A DNA stretch of 64,000 nt from Bifidobacteriaceae bacterium. GTDB lineage: Bacteria > Actinomycetota > Actinomycetes > Actinomycetales > WQXJ01. The translations under genes were made by a program, and so were the position numbers. The stretch covers positions 782 through 64,781 of the forward strand of contig JAISSX010000008.1 in the NCBI GenBank assembly GCA_031272885.1, written 5' to 3'. Below, in pieces: positions 1 to 8,139 of the stretch; position 1 is the stretch's first letter, and every line of letters starts with the position of its first letter. Below the pieces are notes generated by a model, which did not search any database, was not told where the DNA came from, and saw nothing but the letters and a program-made list of their open reading frames with translations.

Positions 1-246
1 AAGCGGCGTACACCACGGCGTGACGCGGTCGATCGCGGTCTGGAAATTGTGGGTCTGGTCCAGGCCCCACAGGCCGCCGAAGTACTCCGCCACGGCGAAG
101 TAGCTCCACGTTTCCAGCGCGTAGATCGCCGCCATCAGGCCGACCACCTTGATAACGGTGTGCCACACGTCGCTGGGCCCGACGCCAAACAGCCGCTGGG
201 TCAGTTTCGGATCTTCGACGTCATCGACCGTGTCCGTTGTGGTCAC
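1..246 (-). CDS. hypothetical small membrane protein, truncated by the window edge (stop lies left of position 1)
   Basis: Absent from the ORF track because no stop codon falls inside the window. The reverse strand from GTG (246-244), 4 nt after GGTGGAG (rc of 251-257), reads VTTTDTVDDVEDPKLTQRLFGVGPSDVWHTVIKVVGLMAAIYALETWSYFAVAEYFGGLWGL... Third codon positions are G/C-rich like neighbouring genes, and there is one clear hydrophobic helix. No family recognised. Confidence 0.4.
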   Translation of the reverse strand, partial: MTTTDTVDDVEDPKLTQRLFGVGPSDVWHTVIKVVGLMAAIYALETWSYFAVAEYFGGLWGLDQTHNFQTAIDRVTPWCTPL

Positions 247-345
247 GACACTCCACCCTTTCGCCGCAGCCGGTACACAAATACCAGGGGCGAAGTTGGG
301 CGAAACGATATCACGCTGGCCCGGCTACGGCGGCTAGCTCCGCGC

Positions 346-1134
346 CTACTTGAGGGCTCCGGCCGCCATGCCGCGTTCGAAGTACTTCTGCAGCGAGATG
401 TAGGCCACCACCTCCGGTAGCGCCGTGATCACGGCACCCGCCAGAACCTTGGTCTGATCGTCGTTGTATTGACCCTGGAAATGCTGCGGCAGGAGCGTCA
501 CCACACCGGCGTGATCACCGGTCAGGAAGACCAGCGGCAGCAGGTATGAGTTCCAGGCGTTGATCATGACGAACACGATCACGGCCACCGCAATCGGCTT
601 GGCCAGGGGCACCAGGATGTGGATGAAGCAGCGCCAGGTGCTGGCGCCGTCGATGCGCGCGGCCTCGAACAGGGCGTCCGGGATGCCGTTGACATAGGTG
701 CGGGTCAGCAGCACCGTGAACGGCACCTGCAGGGCCGAGATCGGCAGTATGACCGACCAAAGGGTGCCGCTGATGCCGAGTTTGGCCACGGTGGTGAATA
801 GCGGCGCCAACAGGACCACTTCGGGCAGGGTCAGGGCGGCCATCATCATCCAGAAGAAGACCTCCTTGCTGCGGATGCGCAGTTTGGAGAAACCGAATGC
901 CGCCATCATGGTGAGGACATAGACGATGGCGACTGTGGCCGCAGCGATCAGGATCGAGTTGCGGAAATAGCCCAGCAGGTTCGGCACGCGGAAGACGGCC
1001 CGGTAATTGCCCCAGCCCTGCCCGGCAAACGAACCAGAGAACATGACGTACAGCGGCACCGCGAACGGGATGATCATGATGGTGGTGACCAGTTGCAGGA
1101 TCACCTTCGAGGTGACTGAGCGTGCCTCAAGCAT
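346..1134 (-). CDS. carbohydrate ABC transporter permease (MalG-like, CUT1)
   Basis: 262 aa, polytopic. EAA-loop motif FEAARIDGASTWRCFIHILVPLAKP. Overlaps the upstream permease gene by 8 nt. Confidence 0.9.
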   Translation of the reverse strand: MLEARSVTSKVILQLVTTIMIIPFAVPLYVMFSGSFAGQGWGNYRAVFRVPNLLGYFRNSILIAAATVAIVYVLTMMAAFGFSKLRIRSKEVFFWMMMAALTLPEVVLLAPLFTTVAKLGISGTLWSVILPISALQVPFTVLLTRTYVNGIPDALFEAARIDGASTWRCFIHILVPLAKPIAVAVIVFVMINAWNSYLLPLVFLTGDHAGVVTLLPQHFQGQYNDDQTKVLAGAVITALPEVVAYISLQKYFERGMAAGALK

Positions 1135-2119
1135 CAGCTTCCACCGCCTTCCGCTTGTCGCGCTCGCGACCGCGGGCGCTCATGATGATCGACATGCCTA
1201 CGGCCAGCACCAACAGCAGCAGCGACAGGGCGGCGGCATAACCGACGTGTCCCATCACCGCCGTCTCGCGGTAGATATAGGTGCCTAGGAAGTCGGTCGA
1301 ATAGGCCGGCCCGGCGGCGGTCAACAGGTAGGGGAAGTCGAACAACTTGAGGGAGCCGATGGCGTTCAAGATGGCCAGTACCACCACGGTGCCGCGCACG
1401 TCCGGCAGTACCACGGACCATAGGACGCGGATGTTACCGGCGCCGTCGATCCGGGCCGCCTCCAGGACCTCGGGCTCGATCTGCCCCATGGCGGCAAAGA
1501 ACAAGATGAAGCCGAAACCGACCGAGGTCCAGATCTGCACCAGGATCACCACCCACAGGGCGGTTGAGGTCTGCGACAGCCAGGGTTGGGCGAAGTGGCC
1601 CAGGCCGATAGCGCGGAGGAACGAGTTGAGGGTGCCGTCGGTGGCGAAGATGATCCGGTGTACCGGTGCCATGATGGCCGGCGCGATCACCACAGGAATG
1701 AACACCAGCACCTTGTAGACCACGGCCAGTTTGATCTTGGACTGCAGCAGGGCCGCAAAGATGAAGCCGATCACGGTCTGGCCCAGGAAGGTGCAGACGT
1801 AGAAGATCACGGTGTGCCGCAGCGCGCCCCAGAACAGCTTGTTGGTCAGGGCGTTGGTGAAGTTGTCCAGGCCCACGGACTTGCGCACGGGCGACATGCC
1901 ATCCCAGTCGAGGGTGGCGATGTAACCCGAGTAGACAATGCAGAAGTAGATCAGGCCGACCGACAGGATGAACCCTGGGGCGATCCAGCCGATGCCTGGA
2001 GCCCCCATGGGGGGGCGCCGCTTCTTGCGAGCGGCGCCCCCTTTGGGTTGATCAGGCGCCGGCCGGACCGCCCTGCGGGCTGACCCGCCGGACGGTTCCG
2101 TTGTTGCCGTCACGCTCAT
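1127..2119 (-). CDS. carbohydrate ABC transporter permease (MalF-like, CUT1)
   Basis: 330 aa, polytopic, with a basic N-terminal tail. EAA-loop motif LEAARIDGAGNIRVLWSVVLPDVRGT. Confidence 0.9.
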   Translation of the reverse strand: MSVTATTEPSGGSARRAVRPAPDQPKGGAARKKRRPPMGAPGIGWIAPGFILSVGLIYFCIVYSGYIATLDWDGMSPVRKSVGLDNFTNALTNKLFWGALRHTVIFYVCTFLGQTVIGFIFAALLQSKIKLAVVYKVLVFIPVVIAPAIMAPVHRIIFATDGTLNSFLRAIGLGHFAQPWLSQTSTALWVVILVQIWTSVGFGFILFFAAMGQIEPEVLEAARIDGAGNIRVLWSVVLPDVRGTVVVLAILNAIGSLKLFDFPYLLTAAGPAYSTDFLGTYIYRETAVMGHVGYAAALSLLLLVLAVGMSIIMSARGRERDKRKAVEADA

Positions 2120-2151
2120 TACACCGGTGCTCCTGGTTTCTGACGGGCCGC

Positions 2152-3609
2152 TCAGGGTTGGAGCGGCGAAACCGTCGCGTCGGCCTGAATCTGGTCAGCG
2201 ATGGCCTGGGCATCCACGTTGGTGCCCAGGATTTGCTCCACACCAACCACCAGGGCCTGCAGGGTTTCAGCCGTTTGCAGCTTCTGGCGCGATTCGACTT
2301 GGGCGATCTTCTCGACCTCGCCGAACAGTTCCTGGATGGCGGGCTTCTGCACCGCGTTGTCAACCAGGTCGACCTTGTCCCAATCGGCCTCGACACCCAC
2401 CAGCGACGGCGTCAGGTCGAGGGCGTTCATGACGGTCCGAGATCCCTCTTCGGTCATGGTCAACCAGGCCACGAAGATCTCGGCCGCTTCCTTGTTTTTC
2501 GAGTCCTTGTTGACGGCCAGGCCGTAGTCGACCTCGGCGAACAACTGCGGCGTCCAGTCGTTACCAGCCAGGTTCGGGAACATGATCGGCACCATGACGA
2601 ACGGCTCCGGGTTGGACACGCCGGCCGCTTCCATCGACGCGATGGCGCTGGACTTGCGTGAATACTGCGCGTACCAGGTGCCCATCGAGTTCATGGCGGC
2701 CCTCTGCGACATGAAGTCGTTGTTCGAATCCGGGTAGTGGATCTTGCCCACTGTGTCCTGTTCGATGATGCCGTCCGCCTGCATTTGGCGCATGATCTCG
2801 ATGGCCTGGACCATGATCGGCTCGTTCCATTCCCGCTTGCCCTGGCAGGCCTGCAAGAAGAAGTCCGGGTCGATCGAGTTCAGTACCACCCGCAGCAGTT
2901 CGCTGGCGAAGGTCTGGCCGCCGCCGGAACCGAGGCCGTAGCAGATGATGCCGTTGTCGGCGAACGTCTTGCAGACGTCAACCCACTCGTCGAGGGTGGT
3001 GGGGGCGCTCAAACCGTACTGGTCGAACAGGGTCTGGTTGATCCAGAGGAAGCCGGCCGCGACACCGCCCAGCGGTGCGCCGGTCAGCTTGCCGTCCAGC
3101 GTCAGGTTGCTGGAGAAGCCAGGCGTCCACTTGGTGGCGAAGTCCGCCCCCAGCCAGTTGGTGGCCAACTGGGTCAGGTCTTCGACATAGTCGGCGTACA
3201 GCACCACGCCGCCGGTGTCGCCGCCGGGTGCCACGTTCCACACGTCGGGGCCCTCACCGGCCGCCAAAGCAGCCCGCAAGGATGGCTTGTACTGGGTGTT
3301 CTCGAAGTTCTTGAAGGTCACCTTGATGTTGGGATAGACCTTGTTGAACTCGGTGATGTAGTTGTCGCCCACATCTTTGTCAGGCGTCCAACCCCACCAG
3401 GCGACTTCGCCCGTGACGGAGCTGGCGGTGTCGGGGCTGGCTGCGTCGGCGCCACTGCCGCCGCTGTCGCCGCCCTCGCCGGTGGCCGTGGCAGCAGTGC
3501 CGTCACCAGTCGCGGCGTCCTTGCTGTCGCTGCAGGCAGCCACCGTGATGGTCAAGGCGGCCGCGGCCGCCACAGCGACCACGGTCCTGAATCGAAGGGC
3601 TGTTCGCAT
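2152..3609 (-). CDS. ABC transporter extracellular sugar-binding lipoprotein
   Basis: The ORF track extends to 3936. The ATG at 3609 has GGAGA 8 nt upstream and opens a lipoprotein signal, MRTALRFRTVVAVAAAAALTITVAAC (lipobox VAAC). The roughly 460-aa mature part has the size and composition of CUT1 solute-binding proteins. The upstream 109 codons are Arg/Pro-rich off-frame-like sequence. Confidence 0.85.
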   Translation of the reverse strand: MRTALRFRTVVAVAAAAALTITVAACSDSKDAATGDGTAATATGEGGDSGGSGADAASPDTASSVTGEVAWWGWTPDKDVGDNYITEFNKVYPNIKVTFKNFENTQYKPSLRAALAAGEGPDVWNVAPGGDTGGVVLYADYVEDLTQLATNWLGADFATKWTPGFSSNLTLDGKLTGAPLGGVAAGFLWINQTLFDQYGLSAPTTLDEWVDVCKTFADNGIICYGLGSGGGQTFASELLRVVLNSIDPDFFLQACQGKREWNEPIMVQAIEIMRQMQADGIIEQDTVGKIHYPDSNNDFMSQRAAMNSMGTWYAQYSRKSSAIASMEAAGVSNPEPFVMVPIMFPNLAGNDWTPQLFAEVDYGLAVNKDSKNKEAAEIFVAWLTMTEEGSRTVMNALDLTPSLVGVEADWDKVDLVDNAVQKPAIQELFGEVEKIAQVESRQKLQTAETLQALVVGVEQILGTNVDAQAIADQIQADATVSPLQP

Positions 3610-3722
3610 GGCTTGCTTCTCCTTTGGTTCTTTCGATAGGGGATGTTGCTCGTCGGTTCTAGTTGTTGGTTGAGGTTCTAGGTTGCGGATAGGACCGGGC
3701 GGGTGCCCGGAGACTTTGAGGC

Positions 3723-4556
3723 CTAGGCGGCAGGGATCAGCCCGATGGCGCGGCCCGGCGCACCGGAACCACCCCGCAGCTTGAGGCCGAGGAAGGCGAA
3801 CAGGGCGCCGGTTGGTGGCATTGCGGCCAGGCCGCCCAGGCCCTCGATGAAGCTCATGCCTCGGGACAGGGCCGCGAAGTGGGCGGGGGCGCCATCGTGC
3901 ACCGAACCCATGGAGGGGGAATCGGAGCCGGTGCACCGCACACCGCGCTCGGCCAGGGCGTCGATGAAGCTGACATCGGGGGCCGGCCAGCCCAGCGACT
4001 TGCCTTGGCGCGGCCAGGCGACGTACTTCAGCCCCGCTTCACCCGGCTTGAAGTGCAGCACGTCCCAGTCGGACCGGATCAGCACGATGTCGCCCGGCTC
4101 GATGGGGCCGTGCGCGGCCTCGAAAGCCTCGACATCGGCCGCCGTGGCGTAGCGCGAAACGCCGGGGGTGCCGCCGGACGGGTCAGCCAGGTGGCGCAGG
4201 TCGAGCACCTTGGCCGGCCCCATCAGGTCGGTCAGGGCAACTTGGTCGGCGTAGATGTCGCCGGCGGGGCCGGCATCGGGCAGGCCTGAACCGGAGGGGG
4301 CGATGCGGTGGGAGGGGGCATCGAAATGGGTCCCCACGTGCTCGTCCATCACCAAGGTGGCGGTGTAGTAGCCGCCTTCGGGCGAGACCAGTTCGTCCGG
4401 CAGGCCCGGCTGGTCCACAAACCAGTTGTGGATGCGGTGCTGGTAGGGCATGTGTCCGGGCCAGGAACAGGGCAGGGATTCGGCGATTGTCAGCGACAAG
4501 TCGGCCACGGTCCAGCCGCGGCCGGCCAACCAGGTGCTGGGCGGAATTTGGTTCAT
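3723..4556 (-). CDS. cyclase-family protein (kynurenine formamidase-like metal-dependent hydrolase, PF04199-type)
   Basis: 277 aa. Carries the family signature HVGTHFDAPSH. The start overlaps the pdxA-like stop as ATGA (4553-4556). Confidence 0.8.
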   Translation of the reverse strand: MNQIPPSTWLAGRGWTVADLSLTIAESLPCSWPGHMPYQHRIHNWFVDQPGLPDELVSPEGGYYTATLVMDEHVGTHFDAPSHRIAPSGSGLPDAGPAGDIYADQVALTDLMGPAKVLDLRHLADPSGGTPGVSRYATAADVEAFEAAHGPIEPGDIVLIRSDWDVLHFKPGEAGLKYVAWPRQGKSLGWPAPDVSFIDALAERGVRCTGSDSPSMGSVHDGAPAHFAALSRGMSFIEGLGGLAAMPPTGALFAFLGLKLRGGSGAPGRAIGLIPAA

Positions 4557-5602
4557 GGCTGCGTCCTTCCATACTGCTGCCGGATGCGCTCATTGCAGGT
4601 GGTGAAGCGGGCGCCGGCCAGGAAGGCCGAGTTCATCGTGGCGGGTGAGGCCTGCCCGGTGCCGGCAATGTCGAACGCCGTGCCGTGGTCCACCGAGGTC
4701 CGCAAGATGGGCAGGCCGGTGGTGACGGACACGGTGGCGTCGAAGTCGAAGGTCTTGGTGGCGATGTGGCCCTGGTCGTGGTACAGCGACAAGATGCCGT
4801 CGAACTGGCCTTGCAGGCCCAGGTGGAAGACCGAATCGGCCGGTATTGGGCCGGCGATGGCGGGCCGGCCGGCCGGGATGGTGGCGTTGACCTTGGCGAT
4901 GGCCGGGGCAATCTGGTCGATCTCTTCACGCCCGAAGTGGCCGCCTTCGCCGCCGTGGGGGTTGAGGGCGGCCACCGCCAGACGCGGCTGCGGATAGCCG
5001 AACACCTCGAGGGCCACCAGCGCCCGGTCCAGGCAGGCCTCGATCAGCGGCGCCTTAATGGCGGCCACGGCCTCGGCCAGCGACATGTGGCGGGTGGCGA
5101 AGAAGACGCACAGGTTGCCCACCACGAACATGGTGTCGGTGGCGGCGGCGTGGGTCAGGTCTTGGATCAGTTCGGTGTGGCCCAGGAACTGGGAGCCCGA
5201 GGCCCAGATGGCCTCCTTGTTGATGGGGCTGGTGACCACTCCGTCAATCCGGCGGGCCACGGCATCGGCCACCGCCGTTTCGATGGCTGTCACGGCGGCC
5301 CGGCCGGCCAGGGCTTGCACCTGGCCGAAGGCGATCTGTTCGGCGTCAGGGATCAGCCCGATGTCGATCACGTCGATCACGCTTGGGTCGTCACCGGCCT
5401 GGCGTGGGTCGGTGATTGGGTTGATGGTGGGTTGCCGGCCGCTGACGGCGGCGGCTCGGGCCAGGATGGCCGGATCGCCGTAGACCACGGCCCGGGCCTT
5501 GGCCCGCATGGCTGGGTCGGTCACCGTCATGACGGTGATTTCGGGTCCGATGCCGGCTGGGTCGCCGGCTGTGACTGCCAGGATGGGCAGTTGGTTTGAC
5601 AT
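4553..5602 (-). CDS. pdxA: PdxA-family NAD-dependent 4-phospho-hydroxyacid dehydrogenase (PdxA2-like)
   Basis: 349 aa. N-terminal AVTAGDPAGIGPEI, C-terminal TSVDHGTAFDIAGTGQASP, and HGGEGG motifs typical of PdxA. Starts 3 nt after the kinase stop. Confidence 0.85.
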   Translation of the reverse strand: MSNQLPILAVTAGDPAGIGPEITVMTVTDPAMRAKARAVVYGDPAILARAAAVSGRQPTINPITDPRQAGDDPSVIDVIDIGLIPDAEQIAFGQVQALAGRAAVTAIETAVADAVARRIDGVVTSPINKEAIWASGSQFLGHTELIQDLTHAAATDTMFVVGNLCVFFATRHMSLAEAVAAIKAPLIEACLDRALVALEVFGYPQPRLAVAALNPHGGEGGHFGREEIDQIAPAIAKVNATIPAGRPAIAGPIPADSVFHLGLQGQFDGILSLYHDQGHIATKTFDFDATVSVTTGLPILRTSVDHGTAFDIAGTGQASPATMNSAFLAGARFTTCNERIRQQYGRTQP

Positions 5603-5604
5603 GG

Positions 5605-6945
5605 TCAGTGCCTCCGTTTGGGGAATCTGGGGTTGTCCGGTTGGGGGGTCAGGGCGGCAACACAGGCGAGGGCGGCGGTGGCGGTTCCCACCAGGCCGCC
5701 CTTGGTCACGATGGGCAGGCCATGGTGCGGGCCGCCTTCGAGGGTGGCCAGCATGGCCAGGGGCAGCACTTGGCGTTGGATCTTGAGGCCCGTGGCGCCG
5801 AGGGCCTGGATGACGGCGGCCGCCGTATCGCCGCCGGAGGCGTAGAGCCCGACGGGATGAATGGCCTGCGTGGCGGCCAGGGCCAGGCGGCCAAGGGTGG
5901 CGGCGGCCTGGGTGGCCTGGGCGCCTTGATCCCGGTCGGTTGGGCTTGGGGGAGTAGCCTGCACGCCGACGATGGCGGCCCCTTCGGCGGCGGCCCGAGC
6001 CAGGCTATCCGTGGCGGCGGCCAGGATCGCCTCGGTCTGCGCCGGGTCCGACTGGTCCAGTTCGGTCAGGTCGAGGTGCCCGATGGCGGCCGCCCGCCTG
6101 GTGCGCAGAGCGTCGAGTTGTTCCTGGGTCTGCCGGCTGGTGGAACCGGCCAGGACCAGCACCACCTGGCCTGGGGGTGTGGCCGAGGTCAGGCTGAGCG
6201 CGGCCAGTTCGGCGGTGAAGGGGCCCGGGTCGATGGGCAGCCAGGCGATGGGGGCGCGTGGGGTTTCGGGCGCATGGGGTAGACCACCGGCTACCAGGTT
6301 GGCCGCCTGAGCGATGGCGGTCAGGTCGCCATCGGCGGCGGCGTCCACCACCACGATGTCGGCGCTGCGGGCGGCGTGCTCAAGGGCGGCGGCCAGAGTT
6401 GGCTGGGGACCCCGAACTAGTTCGAGGTTGATTTCGGTGGCAGTTGCCTGGCCGGTGTGCTCAAACAAGCGGCTGATGCGCGATTCGGTCACCGGGTTGA
6501 GGGGGTCTTGGGCGGCCGCCGTCTGGCTGACCGGGAGGCCATGAAGCAATTGCCGGCCGCCCTCGGTAGTGCGGCCGGATGCGGGATAGGCGGCCACCAC
6601 CAGGCCCGCCACGCGGCTTTCCGGGCGTTGGCGCCGCACACCTTGGAGTAGAGCCAGAGTCTCAGCCGCCAGGTTGCCGCGCAGCGTGGTGTCGATCCGT
6701 TTGGCCACCAGGCAGGTGTCCAGCGGGAGTCCGGCGATGGCCTGTTCCAGCAGGTCAACTGCTTGTTCCTTTGGCAGATTACGTGAGTTGGTGGAGATCA
6801 CCACGGCGTCTGCCGGCAGGTGGGTGGCGCCCTGGCTGGCCCGGCCTACAGGCAGCGTGACGGCGGTGAAGCCCAGTGTGGCCAGGGCACCGGCGGTCGC
6901 GTTGGCTCCCGTCAGATCGTCGGCCACTGCCAGCACTATGGTCAC
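5605..6945 (-). CDS. four-carbon acid-sugar kinase family protein (DUF1537; OtnK/DtnK-like)
   Basis: The ORF track runs to 7290. The N-terminal family motif VLAVADDLTGANATAGA begins just after GTG at 6945, which has GGGAG 6 nt upstream. The ATG at 6981 is possible but lacks an RBS. Length is 447 aa. Confidence 0.8.
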   Translation of the reverse strand: MTIVLAVADDLTGANATAGALATLGFTAVTLPVGRASQGATHLPADAVVISTNSRNLPKEQAVDLLEQAIAGLPLDTCLVAKRIDTTLRGNLAAETLALLQGVRRQRPESRVAGLVVAAYPASGRTTEGGRQLLHGLPVSQTAAAQDPLNPVTESRISRLFEHTGQATATEINLELVRGPQPTLAAALEHAARSADIVVVDAAADGDLTAIAQAANLVAGGLPHAPETPRAPIAWLPIDPGPFTAELAALSLTSATPPGQVVLVLAGSTSRQTQEQLDALRTRRAAAIGHLDLTELDQSDPAQTEAILAAATDSLARAAAEGAAIVGVQATPPSPTDRDQGAQATQAAATLGRLALAATQAIHPVGLYASGGDTAAAVIQALGATGLKIQRQVLPLAMLATLEGGPHHGLPIVTKGGLVGTATAALACVAALTPQPDNPRFPKRRH

Positions 6946-6982
6946 GCCTAGCTCCCATGCAACGGTGAATGAGATTGCCATT

Positions 6983-7020
6983 TCAGTCTTGCACACAATG
7001 AGCAACAAGTGCAAGACTGA
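6983..7020. promoter_or_regulatory. candidate operator: perfect 12-bp inverted repeat in the AT-rich divergent promoter region
   Basis: TCAGTCTTGCAC (6983-6994) and GTGCAAGACTGA (7009-7020) are separated by a 14-nt spacer. Direct repeats AATGAGCAAC at 6997-7006 and 7028-7037, plus AATGAGATTG at 6968-6977, are spaced about 30 bp apart. The site lies between the kinase operon and the divergent DeoR gene. Confidence 0.35.
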
Positions 7021-7126
7021 TGGACGAAATGAGCAACTTCGCTTCGTCCTGCGGTGAGTCGCATGGCCGGGTTGAGGTTGGCCTGGCAAGCTTGGCAACG
7101 GTGGCGGGCGGACAGGGAGGGCAGCT

Positions 7127-7951
7127 ATGGGCACGGTGAACGGAACCTCGGATATGGCCGCCGTCGAAGAGCCGCCTGCCCGCCAACAGACGCTGCAGCG
7201 GCGAGCCGAACTGACCACCATGGCGGACAATGCCGGGCACCTATCGGTCCACGAACTGGCCGAAGCCATGGGCGTGTCGCCGTCAACCATCCGACGTGAC
7301 CTGCGGGCTCTCCAGGCCGAGGGCCAACTGTTGCGTGTCTATGGCGGGGCCTACGCCCTTGGCCGGTCCGAACTGTCATGGCGGGAGAAGGCTCAATCCG
7401 AGGCGGGGGCCAAACAAGTGATTGCGCGCGCGGCCGCCAAGCTGGCCCCTGACAGCGGTGCGGTCTTCCTGGATTCCGGCACGTCAACAGCGGCGTTGGG
7501 CGCCATATTGGGACGCAACCGCAGCCTGACCCTGGTGACCACAGGACTGTCTACGCTCTTGGCGGTGGCTGATGCCGAGGCCGAGGTTATTGTGGTGGGG
7601 GGGCGCCTGCGGCGCATGTCCGCCGGCATGACGGGCCCGCTGACCGACATCACGCTCGACCGCGTGGCCCCGGCCGCCGCCTTTCTGGGGGCGGAATCGA
7701 TCGACCCGGAGCGCGGCATCGGCTGCCCGGAACTGGACCAGGCGGCCCTGAAGTCGCGGGCCATGAAACTGTCCCAGAACGCCTGGTTGCTGGTCGATCA
7801 CACCAAGTTCGAGCGGCGGCCTGGGTTGCGTTTCCTGGCGCCTATTCCGCAACACGTGGGCATCGTGACCGATGCCCGGGCCGAGGCGCTTCACGGTGCG
7901 GCGCTGGCCCGGCTACGCGCGGCCGGGCATCGCATCGTCATCGCCCGCTGA
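7127..7951 (+). CDS. DeoR/GlpR-family transcriptional regulator
   Basis: 274 aa. HTH segment LSVHELAEAMGVSPSTIRRDLRALQAEGQLLRVYGGA, followed by a DeoR-C type sugar-phosphate-binding domain. The start could instead be ATG at 7154. Confidence 0.85.
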   Translation: MGTVNGTSDMAAVEEPPARQQTLQRRAELTTMADNAGHLSVHELAEAMGVSPSTIRRDLRALQAEGQLLRVYGGAYALGRSELSWREKAQSEAGAKQVIARAAAKLAPDSGAVFLDSGTSTAALGAILGRNRSLTLVTTGLSTLLAVADAEAEVIVVGGRLRRMSAGMTGPLTDITLDRVAPAAAFLGAESIDPERGIGCPELDQAALKSRAMKLSQNAWLLVDHTKFERRPGLRFLAPIPQHVGIVTDARAEALHGAALARLRAAGHRIVIAR

Positions 7952-7972
7952 CCCCGTCCTCTTTGTAATCCA

Positions 7973-8100
7973 GTTACAGGGGACGGTTCCATGTAACACA
8001 GGTGACGCCGTTACAGGGGACGGTTCCATGTAACACGGGTGACGCCGTCACCCATGTGACATGGAACCGTCCCCTGTAACGCCGTACTCTCGCGAGGGGG
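7973..8100. repeat. three abutting copies of a 37-bp unit (two direct, one inverted) plus a CTCGCGAG tail
   Basis: Unit 1 (7973-8009): GTTACAGGGGACGGTTCCATGTAACACAGGTGACGCC. Unit 2 (8010-8046) is the same with one mismatch. Unit 3 (8047-8083) is the inverted copy, followed by GTACTCTCGCGAGGGGG (8084-8100). Lies between the convergent DeoR gene and the 2018-aa gene. Confidence 0.85.
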
Positions 8101-8139
8101 CGGGGCTGGGGCGAGGGGGCGGGGCAAGAGGCGGGGTGG

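Noticed and set aside
3610-3936. N-terminal extensions suggested by the ORF track: SBP to 3936, kinase to 7290, dehydrogenase to 41935, YihY from 23562, HAD from 45049, and isochorismatase from 37861.
   Set aside because: The extensions are Arg/Pro-rich off-frame-like sequence, often overlapping the neighbouring gene. Internal starts have Shine-Dalgarno motifs and coincide with the family N-termini or signal peptides.
7973-8083. Possible CRISPR array, given repeats of about 37 bp.
   Set aside because: The units abut directly with no spacers. One unit is inverted. No cas genes are present.
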